Positions 45,295-54,010 of a DNA stretch of 54,010 bases are shown piece by piece. The stretch covers positions 1 through 54,010 of IMG/VR virus record IMGVR_UViG_3300036944_000329, one strand, 5' to 3'. Source of the DNA: a virus (Duplodnaviria > Caudoviricetes). The position numbers were made by a program, and so were the translations under genes. The notes beneath the pieces were generated by a model that saw only the letters and a list, made by a program, of their open reading frames with translations, was not told where the DNA came from and made no database searches. The number at the start of each line of letters is the position of its first letter. Positions within the stretch are counted from its first letter, which is position 1.

Positions 45295-45930
45295 TTAAAC
45301 TGATTTAGGTCTCTTGTTGTAGAGGTCAACACCTGACTTGAAGTATTGTATGATTGTCTTACGTTCTAGTTCCAGTGCCTCACCTTCTAAAAGATTTTCA
45401 GCGACCTTTCTAACCTCCACACTCCCACCACTTAATACAGCTGCGTTCAATTTCTTAGATGAAGATCTTCCGCTTGATACATGCAGGAGTCTATTTCCCT
45501 TCCCCTTTCCGACATACTTTATCTCCCCGTCCACTAATGCCTCATACACATAGTAACCTCTGAGGTCTTCGTAAAGGATGTGGAACAGTGTAGTGATCGC
45601 AGGGCTTATCATGATCTTAGTGAGTTCACTATAATCTATTTCATGATACTCGAATACCGATTTGAACCGTTCCTCGTCTATCAGATCTTCTACCAAGTTC
45701 ATACCGACAGCAACCCCCTGTGTAAAAGCAAGAGCCTGCTGTAATTTTGTGGCACTACTCGCATCGCTATAATCCCACCTCCGGTTACAAAGATCTTCCC
45801 CATTAGGGTACGAGGCAATTATTGGATAAATTGCTTCAGAGTAAGTCGTTGGTGAGTGCCCCTCATCTTCAAAACACTCCTCATAATCTTCATAAACTCG
45901 TTCTACAATCTCTAATGCCTTGCTTTTCAT
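45295..45930 (-). CDS. Protein with a C-terminal GIY-YIG-like nuclease domain
   Basis: YYVY.......YVGKG...R...H...E.EAL.LE...I......LYN. Confidence 0.65.
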   Translation of the reverse strand: MKSKALEIVERVYEDYEECFEDEGHSPTTYSEAIYPIIASYPNGEDLCNRRWDYSDASSATKLQQALAFTQGVAVGMNLVEDLIDEERFKSVFEYHEIDYSELTKIMISPAITTLFHILYEDLRGYYVYEALVDGEIKYVGKGKGNRLLHVSSGRSSSKKLNAAVLSGGSVEVRKVAENLLEGEALELERKTIIQYFKSGVDLYNKRPKSV

Positions 45931-46003
45931 GGAACCTCCTATACAAGAAAAGGGAGCCGTATGCTCCCGTCAAGATCATCCTAACACTCTCTATCCATCC
46001 AAG

Positions 46004-46303
46004 TCAACCCCCAGCCCAAAAGTCCCACACACCATTCTCTTGAGCCTCAATATCCGTCAAAACCATCTTATTCCCAAATGCTTGCATTGTATCCCCCATC
46101 GGCATATTCCATGTGCGTTCGCTGATCCAACTCTTACCCACTTCTCTGATGACGATTGTACCGAAGCACTCTTCCAGCTCATACACTGTGTTTGGTTTTA
46201 GCATGGATTGATCTTTCATACACACGCCAACGAAGATGTCTGGCTTACACTCCTCATCACCGGGTTGTGATGGACGTGTTACGAATCGTGCTATTGAGTT
46301 CAT
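46004..46303 (-). CDS. Hypothetical protein
   Basis: RBS GGAGG; followed by a GGGAGC-N5-GCTCCC hairpin and U tract. Confidence 0.55.
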   Translation of the reverse strand: MNSIARFVTRPSQPGDEECKPDIFVGVCMKDQSMLKPNTVYELEECFGTIVIREVGKSWISERTWNMPMGDTMQAFGNKMVLTDIEAQENGVWDFWAGG

Positions 46304-46521
46304 CTCATCAACCCTCCAATAATCTCACCAATACTATCATCATCCAAACCCTCCCACTCACACCACTGATCTTCCGTGATCAGCTTGGATAGATAGAATT
46401 GTTCAAGAACATCCTTGTTTGAACACAGTGGTTTGTATTCACCTAGTTTGTGGTGCTGCCTGTATGCTCTAGCTATCTCTGTTTGAATGTTGTTCACCAA
46501 CCTTTCTCCCAAGTTCTGCAA
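46300..46521 (-). CDS. Hypothetical protein
   Basis: Packed in the operon. Confidence 0.45.
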   Translation of the reverse strand: MQNLGERLVNNIQTEIARAYRQHHKLGEYKPLCSNKDVLEQFYLSKLITEDQWCEWEGLDDDSIGEIIGGLMR

Positions 46522-46753
46522 TAATCTTACGACATTCCATCACTTCACAGTATAGTAGAGCAGCAATCTCAATCCCACCATTGTCACAAAACTGATCGTA
46601 AGCAACATCTCCACCAAAAGCAGCCTCCGAGATTATGTATTTAAAGTTATTAAGCGTTCTTTCTGAAAGACCATTTGGCGCAAGCATCTTGTAGTCTTCT
46701 AGGTGGACAATATCCTCTTTAATGTTCTGCACAATACGTAGTTCTATGCTCAT
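46469..46753 (-). CDS. Hypothetical protein
   Basis: Likely start MSIEL (RBS GAGG). Confidence 0.5.
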   Translation of the reverse strand: MSIELRIVQNIKEDIVHLEDYKMLAPNGLSERTLNNFKYIISEAAFGGDVAYDQFCDNGGIEIAALLYCEVMECRKIIAELGRKVGEQHSNRDS

Positions 46754-46907
46754 TTGCCACCCTCTTGCATATGTTCCTTCATCCAATCCAGCCACACTTG
46801 TGACCAAACACCTGTCACCGTAGGCATCTGTTCATAGAAAGCCTTTTCCAGCTTGTCTGCACCAAGAATCTCTTTCAGTTCTGCCGGTGATATATCTAGT
46901 GTGATTT

Positions 46908-47111
46908 TCATACTACATTCTCCTCATCTTCTATATCGTAGAAGTACTTAACTCTCAATTTTCCGTGAATACCAACCTCAAACTCTCTCCAGACAACACA
47001 GTCTAGGTCATCATCTACATTCCCAGTCGCATCAGGAAACAGTTCCCAAAGCATCCCAATTTGCTTTAGCGTTCCGTATTCCTGCAAAGACAATTCACCA
47101 AGTTGTTTCAT
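46908..47111 (-). CDS. Hypothetical protein
   Basis: G+LWE.FP.ATG...D motif. Confidence 0.55.
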   Translation of the reverse strand: MKQLGELSLQEYGTLKQIGMLWELFPDATGNVDDDLDCVVWREFEVGIHGKLRVKYFYDIEDEENVV

Positions 47112-47429
47112 TCAATATCCCCCACAAACACACTCGTTCTCATTCCATGCCTCGCATATACATACACGACCGATTATCTCCAGTGTGTCCGGATCAACAC
47201 TATAACCAACACTGTGACCAGCCTGTTGCATGACAAGGATCGGTCTAGCACAAGCATAATCATATTCGTGATAATGAATGTAAGCATTGATCTTCATATT
47301 CCTAGCCACACAATTTAGACAGAGGTGTTCTTCGTTCTTGTCTGGCAAGATTGGTGCAGGCTCTTTGATGATAACAGAACACTGGTCACAGATGATAGCA
47401 CCATTACCGTTGTTGTATTTATAGGCCAT
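47112..47429 (-). CDS. Cys-rich hypothetical protein
   Basis: CxxC pairs; RBS GGAGG. Confidence 0.55.
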   Translation of the reverse strand: MAYKYNNGNGAIICDQCSVIIKEPAPILPDKNEEHLCLNCVARNMKINAYIHYHEYDYACARPILVMQQAGHSVGYSVDPDTLEIIGRVCICEAWNENECVCGGY

Positions 47430-47854
47430 TACAGTTCCTCCAAATAACCTCGTTCAAACAATCCATCCAGCATATCGGATACGTCTGTAACCAATGTGCC
47501 CAAATCTGCCCTGTAAAGGATACCATCGTAGCCAATCACATCCCCATAGAATCTCACCTGAGCATTCGGCAACCATTCTTCGTAAGATGTTTTGCCCGGA
47601 TTCACCTTGCTCAACAATGATGACAATGTGTTGTCTGACAGCGTGTTCGTATCAATCTCCACCATATCAAATCGAGAACTACACATCTTCTTGTTGGTGA
47701 GAGCATTGTAGAAAGCATCTCCTGTCAGGATGGTTGCTTGCCACTCATTGTCCAGATCCACCAGCATGGAATCAGACGAAGCAACACGAACACGTTTAGC
47801 CTCGACAGTGTAAGCTGATTCAATATCAGATACGATGATCAACACTTTCTTCAT
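47429..47854 (-). CDS. Hypothetical protein
   Basis: Likely start MKKVL (RBS GGAG). Confidence 0.55.
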   Translation of the reverse strand: MKKVLIIVSDIESAYTVEAKRVRVASSDSMLVDLDNEWQATILTGDAFYNALTNKKMCSSRFDMVEIDTNTLSDNTLSSLLSKVNPGKTSYEEWLPNAQVRFYGDVIGYDGILYRADLGTLVTDVSDMLDGLFERGYLEEL

Positions 47855-48099
47855 GTGCGTCTCCAAAGTAAGTCAAACAGATATGGACAGGATGTGTAGT
47901 CAATACGTTTGTGCTGATACATCTTGTCATGCTTTGTCTCATCAATATTCCATACACGTTGGTAGCGAAAACCATCTCCAATACATGTGATAGTGTACGT
48001 CATCTTGTCTGGATTGAACGTGTAGCTACGATGTGTTGGTTCAGTGGATGCCCAGACACGTCCCCATTTATGCTCGCTAATTTGTTTAGTGCTGATCAT
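47851..48099 (-). CDS. Hypothetical protein
   Basis: Likely start MISTK (RBS GAGGAGG). Confidence 0.5.
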   Translation of the reverse strand: MISTKQISEHKWGRVWASTEPTHRSYTFNPDKMTYTITCIGDGFRYQRVWNIDETKHDKMYQHKRIDYTSCPYLFDLLWRRT

Positions 48100-48304
48100 G
48101 TGTGTCCTCCTCAATCTCTTGTGCCCAATGTACTAATACGAAATCAAGAATACAATCTTCTGGCGTAATGTCAATAGGATCAACTCCAGCAGACCATTGT
48201 GCTGATGACCAATAATTCCAGTAGTAGTCTAGAATGTCTTTCTCTGTCAGGATTTCCTCAACACCGTTGTTACCATCAAATCCTGTTACAATGTAACGTT
48301 TCAA
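48086..48304 (-). CDS. Hypothetical protein
   Basis: TTG start with RBS GAGGAG; YW.YW...CI.D+..VHWA motif. Confidence 0.55.
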   Translation of the reverse strand: MKRYIVTGFDGNNGVEEILTEKDILDYYWNYWSSAQWSAGVDPIDITPEDCILDFVLVHWAQEIEEDTHDQH

Positions 48305-49078
48305 TTATTTCTCCTCAAGTTTGTTAGCTATGGTGCTCAACACACGATCAGTGCCAATGTCGTAGTAGTGTGCATCCATCTCAATGCCGATGAACTTACG
48401 GTCAAGATTAACACAAGCAACACCAGTTGTGAATGATCCTGATGTGAAGTCTAATACAGTTTCACCTTCGTTGGTGTAGGTGCGGATCAGGTATTCCATC
48501 AACTCAACAGGCTTTTGAGTCGGGTGGATTGTACCTCGCTCAACTACTCCAAACTTTAACACCTGTTTGGGGTATCTGAATCCAGTGTTGTCATTCCTAA
48601 AGTTTGTATAGCTCCCATAGTTATCTGTCATGCTTGTACTAGCAGCATGATTCTTACCAGCTTTATCCTTGTACGGGGATCCCTCAGTCATCTGAGGATT
48701 GTATGTACATTGCTTTCTGTAGAATACAAGGATGTCTTCCTTGTCACGCATTGGCTGCTTCTTTGCATTAAGATGACCAGTCCCTTTAGGTTTCATCCAA
48801 ACCCAGTCGTACTTGAATTGTTTGATGTTACTGGCAACTAACACTGATGTGAATGGTTGTGCTGCGTGGAGTACAATGGCGGCATTTGGTTTACACACTC
48901 TACTAATCTCTGACCACATACAATCTAGGTCAATCACTGAATCCCACTTATTCTGAGTTGTACCGAAAGGAGGATCAGTCAGAACCATATCCACACTACC
49001 ATCAGGGATCTCTTTCATCCGTTCAAGGCAGTCACCCTTCATAAACCAAAGCGAATCTGTTTTGTAATCTTCTTGCAT
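48305..49078 (-). CDS. DNA N4/N6 methyltransferase (beta class)
   Basis: GDCLE.M..IPD.SVD..LTDPPF, HPTQKPV.L.EYLI.TY...G.TVLD...GS.TT and FIGIE. Confidence 0.9.
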   Translation of the reverse strand: MQEDYKTDSLWFMKGDCLERMKEIPDGSVDMVLTDPPFGTTQNKWDSVIDLDCMWSEISRVCKPNAAIVLHAAQPFTSVLVASNIKQFKYDWVWMKPKGTGHLNAKKQPMRDKEDILVFYRKQCTYNPQMTEGSPYKDKAGKNHAASTSMTDNYGSYTNFRNDNTGFRYPKQVLKFGVVERGTIHPTQKPVELMEYLIRTYTNEGETVLDFTSGSFTTGVACVNLDRKFIGIEMDAHYYDIGTDRVLSTIANKLEEK

Positions 49079-49115
49079 AAGTGTCTCCTTAAATGTCTTG
49101 TTCAGATACTAGGCA

Positions 49116-49143
49116 ATCATAGCACACGAGATGTCGGTGTCAA
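49116..49143 (-). promoter_or_regulatory. Sigma70-like promoter for the MTase gene
   Basis: TTGACA-N16-TATGAT with an extended -10 TG. Confidence 0.6.
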
Positions 49144-49193
49144 TACTCCAGACAAAGAAAAACCCCAAGCATTTCTGCTCAGGGTTCATCGTC

Positions 49194-49469
49194 TCAGCCA
49201 TTCCTTGCTCTGTAATCTTCGTACCAACCTTTCACCACATCATCTTGTGGGAAGTGCTGGCTAGTGTATGTCCAAGCATCATCCTCAATGAACACTTCTG
49301 GATAGACGCTGGAATGATCCCATAGATCAGGATAACGCTCACACATCGTCTGCATATACCTCACTGAGAGGTCGTATATGTGGTCGCTGATCCATTGTTG
49401 ACCTGTGTTGTACGCATACGCTGCTGCTAACAGGAAACGCTGGTCATTCTCTATGTCAGCTAGGGTCAT
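49194..49469 (-). CDS. Stand-alone protein resembling NAD-dependent DNA ligase domain Ia
   Basis: Start MTLAD; A.AY......ISD..YD......YP pattern. Confidence 0.5.
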   Translation of the reverse strand: MTLADIENDQRFLLAAAYAYNTGQQWISDHIYDLSVRYMQTMCERYPDLWDHSSVYPEVFIEDDAWTYTSQHFPQDDVVKGWYEDYRARNG

Positions 49470-50418
49470 ACTTATTACACACGTTGTCTTCAATAAGTTG
49501 TCTGTGCTGAATCCATCCTTTGAAGTTCCCTGACCAAAGATTACCTGAAGAGTCTTGATGAGTGACGCCTTCAGTACTATTCCAATCATCCCAATAAAGT
49601 CCGTCAATGTCATTACTGACAGGCGTTGCTTGGTGCTCGAACGGAGAAGCATGAACAGGTTTAGACTTAACCAACTTATCGTAGATGTCTAGCGCCTTGT
49701 CCAAGCTATCATCCAACACGCGGTAACTAACCTGAGCACAACAAGATGCTGAAACTTTCAAGGCAACTTCAAGAGTGTTACCAACATCATCCAGAGATTC
49801 TGACTTCTCTGTCCAATACCCTGATTCATAATAAGGTGTGTGCCAATCATTTGCAGAAAGCAATACTGGTGCAGATTCTTGCATTGCTTTGTACATACAA
49901 TCAGCAAGCTCCTTGATTTCAGGTTGTGCATCTTTGTGACAACGCAGCCAGAAGAAGTTGTCAAACTCTGTGGATGTCAGCACTGTTTTCATCATCTGGA
50001 ATGGCTCTAGTAGGCGATTGACAATCTGCTTATGATAGCCCGCATCAGCAAATCGCTCAGCCATATCAGCAGCTTTGTGGGCACTGACCATCCAAGCAAC
50101 CTTGGCTGCATGACTTGATTGCTCATCAATCTTAACCAGAGTAGTGCATTCGTTTTCAGCTTGCATTCCTTGTTGATTGGCTCCCCAATGGATAGGCGTG
50201 GCTGGGTTGTTCCTTACCTGTTCAACCATCTTCTTGATCGGGACAGCGCGACTACTCATAGCATTACGGCTGCACAATCTATGGGTCATAAGTTCGCTAT
50301 GGATGAATCGCGGATACTCCAACTCAAACGTAGTAATGCGCTTATTACTCTCACTCACACTGTCTGCAACAATTCGAGCAACAATTCCACCCTTGCCTTC
50401 AACAACACTTTTGCACAT
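49456..50418 (-). CDS. thyX: Flavin-dependent thymidylate synthase
   Basis: YPRFIHSELMTHR..SRNA.SSRA, HKQ..NRLLEPF, AQPE and HASPFEHQA. Confidence 0.9.
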   Translation of the reverse strand: MCKSVVEGKGGIVARIVADSVSESNKRITTFELEYPRFIHSELMTHRLCSRNAMSSRAVPIKKMVEQVRNNPATPIHWGANQQGMQAENECTTLVKIDEQSSHAAKVAWMVSAHKAADMAERFADAGYHKQIVNRLLEPFQMMKTVLTSTEFDNFFWLRCHKDAQPEIKELADCMYKAMQESAPVLLSANDWHTPYYESGYWTEKSESLDDVGNTLEVALKVSASCCAQVSYRVLDDSLDKALDIYDKLVKSKPVHASPFEHQATPVSNDIDGLYWDDWNSTEGVTHQDSSGNLWSGNFKGWIQHRQLIEDNVCNKYDPS

Positions 50419-50437
50419 ATTCTCTCCTAAATAATTT

Positions 50438-50695
50438 CTACTGAATTGCTAGAAAGATCATACTAGCAATCAACGCAATAGGCAAGGCCCATACATTCAT
50501 CCCCACTGTAGCCAATGTCCTGAACGCACTCTCCATTGAGACACTCTTATTTGTAGATCGTTCAACAACACGCTTGTATGCGTCAGGATTGTTCTGCTTC
50601 ATCTGACCATGAATGAATCCATCCTTGATGAGCATGTTAAGAATGAATTGCCACATGATGTTAGTCACAGCATAGGTGAGCCATATACCCGTCAT
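50438..50695 (-). CDS. Membrane protein
   Basis: Two hydrophobic segments. Confidence 0.5.
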   Translation of the reverse strand: MTGIWLTYAVTNIMWQFILNMLIKDGFIHGQMKQNNPDAYKRVVERSTNKSVSMESAFRTLATVGMNVWALPIALIASMIFLAIQ

Positions 50696-51102
50696 TCATC
50701 ACCTCGCATCAACTGGAAGTGTGGGCCATCTTTGAAAGATTCCCAATCACCGCCCCATACAACCTCATACCCTAGCTCATCAGCAGCCTGCTTGAACGCT
50801 TTGGCAATCTTTTCGTAATACTCCCACTCCCAGCTAATCTTGCCACCAACATAAGCAGCAACATCCACAGCTCGTCCGTAATCATCACCAAAGCGAGGGA
50901 TATGGTAGCTCTTGTATGTCTGACTCTTACCTTGCTCAACAAGCTCTCGCTGACGAGCATTTGTACGCAACCCCTCTGTCACAGCAAAGTCCACCTCAGA
51001 CAGCTCTAGTGCACGGTAGGTGATACGGATCAGCTCAGGATGCACTCCGTACAGATTGTTCAGAGAACGTCTTGAAAAGACGAATCCACTCTTAGTTGTC
51101 AT
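50692..51102 (-). CDS. Endolysin, M15 family (L-Ala-D-Glu peptidase)
   Basis: FS.RS..NL.GVHP.L, EG.R...RQ, S.H, AVD, WGGDW and D.PHF. Confidence 0.9.
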   Translation of the reverse strand: MTTKSGFVFSRRSLNNLYGVHPELIRITYRALELSEVDFAVTEGLRTNARQRELVEQGKSQTYKSYHIPRFGDDYGRAVDVAAYVGGKISWEWEYYEKIAKAFKQAADELGYEVVWGGDWESFKDGPHFQLMRGDE

Positions 51103-51316
51103 TATTAATCTCCTTCAAGAATTGCTCAAACTCTGGCTCAGTGCTGTAGTAGCGAATCACCTCAAGCAAGGCTTCGTCAAAAGCGTCTGGATCAAAACCA
51201 ACCTCACGCCGTAGCCAATAGGTCTCTTGTAGATTATCTCGCACAAGAACGTCGATCACATCTGTATCAGATAGATCACGATAATTATCAATGTTACGAA
51301 TTGGGCCAAGAATCAT
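51092..51316 (-). CDS. Hypothetical protein
   Basis: Packed; AL..V..YYS motif. Confidence 0.55.
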   Translation of the reverse strand: MILGPIRNIDNYRDLSDTDVIDVLVRDNLQETYWLRREVGFDPDAFDEALLEVIRYYSTEPEFEQFLKEINNDN

Positions 51317-51317
51317 A

Positions 51318-51602
51318 TCAATGCACCTTCATAAATTCAAAGTTAATGTTGTCAGATTCCATATCAGCAATGACTTCTGCTTGCATTGCATCAAGGAACT
51401 CAATCACACTGTCTAGGTTATGCGTGGACGTATCTAGCAAAGAATACATCTCACCAAGACTCAGTTCAAGTTTTCCCTGTGATGCCAATCGCACATCATC
51501 ACGCATGACATCTAACACGTTACGAATTTTGTTCAATTCTGTCAGAGGGTCTTTATGTGGCAAGAAACTCTGGATGATTTCTGTTGTTGATTTAGTTTTC
51601 AT
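51318..51602 (-). CDS. Hypothetical protein
   Basis: RBS AAGGAGG. Confidence 0.6.
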   Translation of the reverse strand: MKTKSTTEIIQSFLPHKDPLTELNKIRNVLDVMRDDVRLASQGKLELSLGEMYSLLDTSTHNLDSVIEFLDAMQAEVIADMESDNINFEFMKVH

Positions 51603-51823
51603 CGTTATCCTCCTTGGGTTGCTGGCGAAGTTGGTTGGCGTAGTCTTGCATCCACTTAACCAGCTCAGCTCATTTGTAGTGGCTCGCTGTCATACCTTTC
51701 TCATAGAGCATGTTTGATAGCATCTGCTCAATCACTTCGGCATCATGGGCGGCGAGTGACGTATCCACATCTTCCTCTAGTTCTTTAATTCGTTTATCTT
51801 TGTTCATAACAAGTTCCTCCAAT

Positions 51824-52039
51824 TCAAATGTATGCCCAATACAAAGCCTTACCCAACTTCTCACCGCACTCTGCATCAATGTAATCGTAGCCATTATAAC
51901 TCTTGCTGTAGCCATTACGCAAGCCTTTTCTGATCACAAGGTCTGACGTAAATACCCAGACAATAGTCTCAGGTGGCTCAAGTTTACTATCACAACGATT
52001 CCATTTCAAGGATAAGATTTCATCTTTATAGTTCATCAC
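51824..52039 (-). CDS. Hypothetical protein
   Basis: W......P...VWV...WAY pattern. Confidence 0.45.
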   Translation of the reverse strand: MMNYKDEILSLKWNRCDSKLEPPETIVWVFTSDLVIRKGLRNGYSKSYNGYDYIDAECGEKLGKALYWAYI

Positions 52040-52323
52040 AATGGTGTTCCTTCAAAATAAGCCATCTGAATCTTGTATTCAGGACAGCTATCACCCATCT
52101 CAAAGTGTACGCCATCGAACACTGCCTTAACAGGTCTACCGAAATTATCGTAGCCAGAGAATTCAGGTAGTGTTACGTACACTCCCATTGCTTGCATCTG
52201 TCTCAAGATCAGCATCAACCGAGACTGAAAGTGTTTCTGAACACTACGGTCAGAGAAGTCTTGACCAGAGAACTCGTACAAGGTGTCTGCAAGAGCTTTT
52301 ACACGTTTTTTCATGTCACCCAT
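52036..52323 (-). CDS. Hypothetical protein
   Basis: RBS GGAGG; overlaps neighbours. Confidence 0.55.
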   Translation of the reverse strand: MGDMKKRVKALADTLYEFSGQDFSDRSVQKHFQSRLMLILRQMQAMGVYVTLPEFSGYDNFGRPVKAVFDGVHFEMGDSCPEYKIQMAYFEGTPL

Positions 52324-52537
52324 CCGAACGTACCTCCTCGTCTGTAAAACGGCTCAGAAGCTCTTCTAGGTAGCTTCTCGTCTGCATTGCTTGATGCAAT
52401 CTGTCTACACGCTCTTGTAGCAAGAGATTCTTTCGTTTTAGATCACTGATAACAACATCACGTTCCTGTAATTCTTTCTCAAGCTTCAGCAGAGATGTCT
52501 TGGCTGCTTTCAGCTCGTATTGCATGTGTTCGATCAT
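52316..52537 (-). CDS. Coiled-coil hypothetical protein
   Basis: RBS AGGAGG; first gene downstream of the promoter at 52598-52626. Confidence 0.6.
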   Translation of the reverse strand: MIEHMQYELKAAKTSLLKLEKELQERDVVISDLKRKNLLLQERVDRLHQAMQTRSYLEELLSRFTDEEVRSDG

Positions 52538-52597
52538 GCCTATCTGTACCTCCTGATTGCATTGTTAGTTTGTGTGTTTGTCTGTGTGTGTTTTCAT

Positions 52598-52990
52598 AAT
52601 TTACTCTTGTCAGGATGTATTGTCAATACCTTGTGTTCAAATACTTTGGTGCCTAGCACCAGATCACTGAACACAAGAGTGACACGAATCCTAGCACGAT
52701 TGATCACAGGAAAGCAAGAAGATGATGATCACAAGTAATCTTAAAGAATCTTTGAAAAGGGTATTGACAATGGTATAGCAGGTTTGGTACGCTACCGCTT
52801 GCGGTGTCCAGACAAGATTATCTAGACTAAATATCTAGACTAGACTTCTTAACAAGATATCTTAGCTAGTATAAATACTAATATAATAATACTTATTACT
52901 TATATATTATCTTAACTAGATATCTAGACTAGACTCTAGGCTAAACATCTAGACCAGAATTCTAGACAAGATCTCTAGTCAAGACATCCA
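52598..52990. repeat. AT/CTAG-rich divergent-promoter element B (inverted homologue of 33925-34333); candidate replication origin
   Basis: TTGACA-N17-TAAATT (minus, 52598-52626) and TTGACA-N18-TACGCT (plus, 52764-52793), followed by a hairpin, CTAG clusters and a very AT-rich tract. Confidence 0.75.
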
Positions 52991-53034
52991 GCCTAGAACT
53001 CTAGTCTAAACATCCTAACAAGATCTCTAGCAAA

Positions 53035-53082
53035 GAATCTTAGCAATGAATCTTAGCAATGAATCTTAGCAATGAATCTTAG
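53035..53082. repeat. 13-bp tandem repeat x3.7
   Basis: GAATCTTAGCAAT at 53035, 53048 and 53061, plus a partial GAATCTTAG at 53074. Confidence 0.9.
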
Positions 53083-53290
53083 TAAGATTACACAAATATA
53101 CTGTGATTACTATTGACATCGTTTCCTGACTAGCGTATAAATCATACTATGTGTTGTGTGAGTGTGTGTGTGATCTAGACATCTGGTGTGGGATGTCTAG
53201 GCAAGATGTTTAGCCTGTGTGTCTGGCTAGGATATTTAAACAAAATAAATAGGGAGACATTCCCGTGTAAAAGTATTGGAGAAATGATTT

Positions 53291-53617
53291 ATGTATTGTA
53301 AAGCATGTAATAACTACGTTGGGTATAAGCGAAAGAAACCTGCTACGACATTCACAACGGTAGATTCAGTTACGAAGGAATCAGTGATCGAAGGATTCCC
53401 GAAGAAAGAGGAAGAGGATCTCTGTAACACATGTCTACGAAGTATTCGTGATATGAACTCTGATCTGTCAAATGTGGCTGGGCATCTATTCTTCGATATG
53501 GCCCCTTCGTATATCCTGACCGAGAATTATCAGGACAAGTTTGAGACAGAGTTATCTGAAGCGACTCTGGACACGACATTCCGGTACGTAGAGGATGTTT
53601 ATAATGGTTACAAGTAG
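53291..53617 (+). CDS. Zn-finger-like hypothetical protein
   Basis: CKAC...LC..C; RBS GGAG; upstream TTGACA-N17-TATAAA at about 53113. Confidence 0.6.
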   Translation: MYCKACNNYVGYKRKKPATTFTTVDSVTKESVIEGFPKKEEEDLCNTCLRSIRDMNSDLSNVAGHLFFDMAPSYILTENYQDKFETELSEATLDTTFRYVEDVYNGYK

Positions 53618-53638
53618 TTATTGTAAGTGTTATTGCTA

Positions 53639-53667
53639 TTGACATACATAAACTATATCTCTACTAT
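53639..53667 (+). promoter_or_regulatory. Sigma70-like promoter preceding a non-coding structured region
   Basis: TTGACA-N17-TACTAT. Confidence 0.65.
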
Positions 53668-54010
53668 AGTATCACTGAGGCGGGGAACGTTTCAAAAGAT
53701 CCCAATGACCAGAATGATTCGCTACCGTTCTGGTCTCTATCTTGGGGCCGTATCCCTGAGCATGGATTCAAAAGGCTCAACTAATTCAAATACACACTAA
53801 GCCTCTGAACACATCATCCCTAGTGTTCATAAACGATTGCAGAGAATTGATACAGCGAAACAATCAGCTCAAATCAGTGTGTTAATTAAGTATCTCCGTG
53901 CCGATATGGGTTAAGTCGGATTGTCTTGTTTGTGTAGGGACTTACAGGATGATGCTCCAGCTCAATTCCATGTGTGCTTACATTTAATTAGCTCACAGGT
54001 CTAGGAGACA

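Noticed and set aside
1-54010. Reverse transcriptase or template repeat for the DGR
   Set aside because: No ORF with RT motifs (e.g. YxDD in an RT context) and no AAC/AAT-rich third repeat copy were found by eye. Either may lie outside the window.
53670-54010. tRNA genes
   Set aside because: No cloverleaf with a TTCRA T-loop and acceptor stem could be assembled.

Overview
This window is about 54 kb of a large, apparently virulent dsDNA phage genome. No integrase, repressor, tRNA or CRISPR array was seen. The TTGACA-type sigma70 promoters and the spanin genes suggest a Gram-negative host. (1) 1-8.4 kb (+): end of the tail/receptor-binding module and a holin-spanin cassette. The first gene has two copies of a 93-nt region whose differences fall almost entirely at codon positions 1-2 of NNC/NNT codons, the hallmark of DGR variable repeats. 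GC-rich hairpins lie downstream of each copy, and a truncated avd follows, joined directly to the RBS of the next gene. This reads as a dual-VR diversity-generating retroelement that has lost its TR and reverse transcriptase. (2) 8.4-33.9 kb (-): replication and nucleotide metabolism, with primase-helicase, Pol A, SSB, 5'-3' exonuclease, NrdA interrupted by a 228-nt group I intron at the NLC/QE catalytic motif, NrdB, glutaredoxin, PhoH, dUTPase, Dam-like MTase, ClpP-like protease, SleB-like hydrolase and several HNH genes. (3) 34.3-42.3 kb (+): small early-type genes, including an Ocr-like acidic protein in an operon bracketed by two 15-bp-period repeat arrays. This is a likely terminal-repeat/genome-end region. 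(4) 43.8-52.5 kb (-): helicase-like protein, GIY-YIG protein, DNA MTase, ThyX and M15 endolysin. Two ~400-bp AT/CTAG-rich divergent-promoter elements at ~34.1 kb and ~52.8 kb are inverted homologues of each other and are candidate twin origins. All family assignments come from motif recognition by eye; no database search was run.
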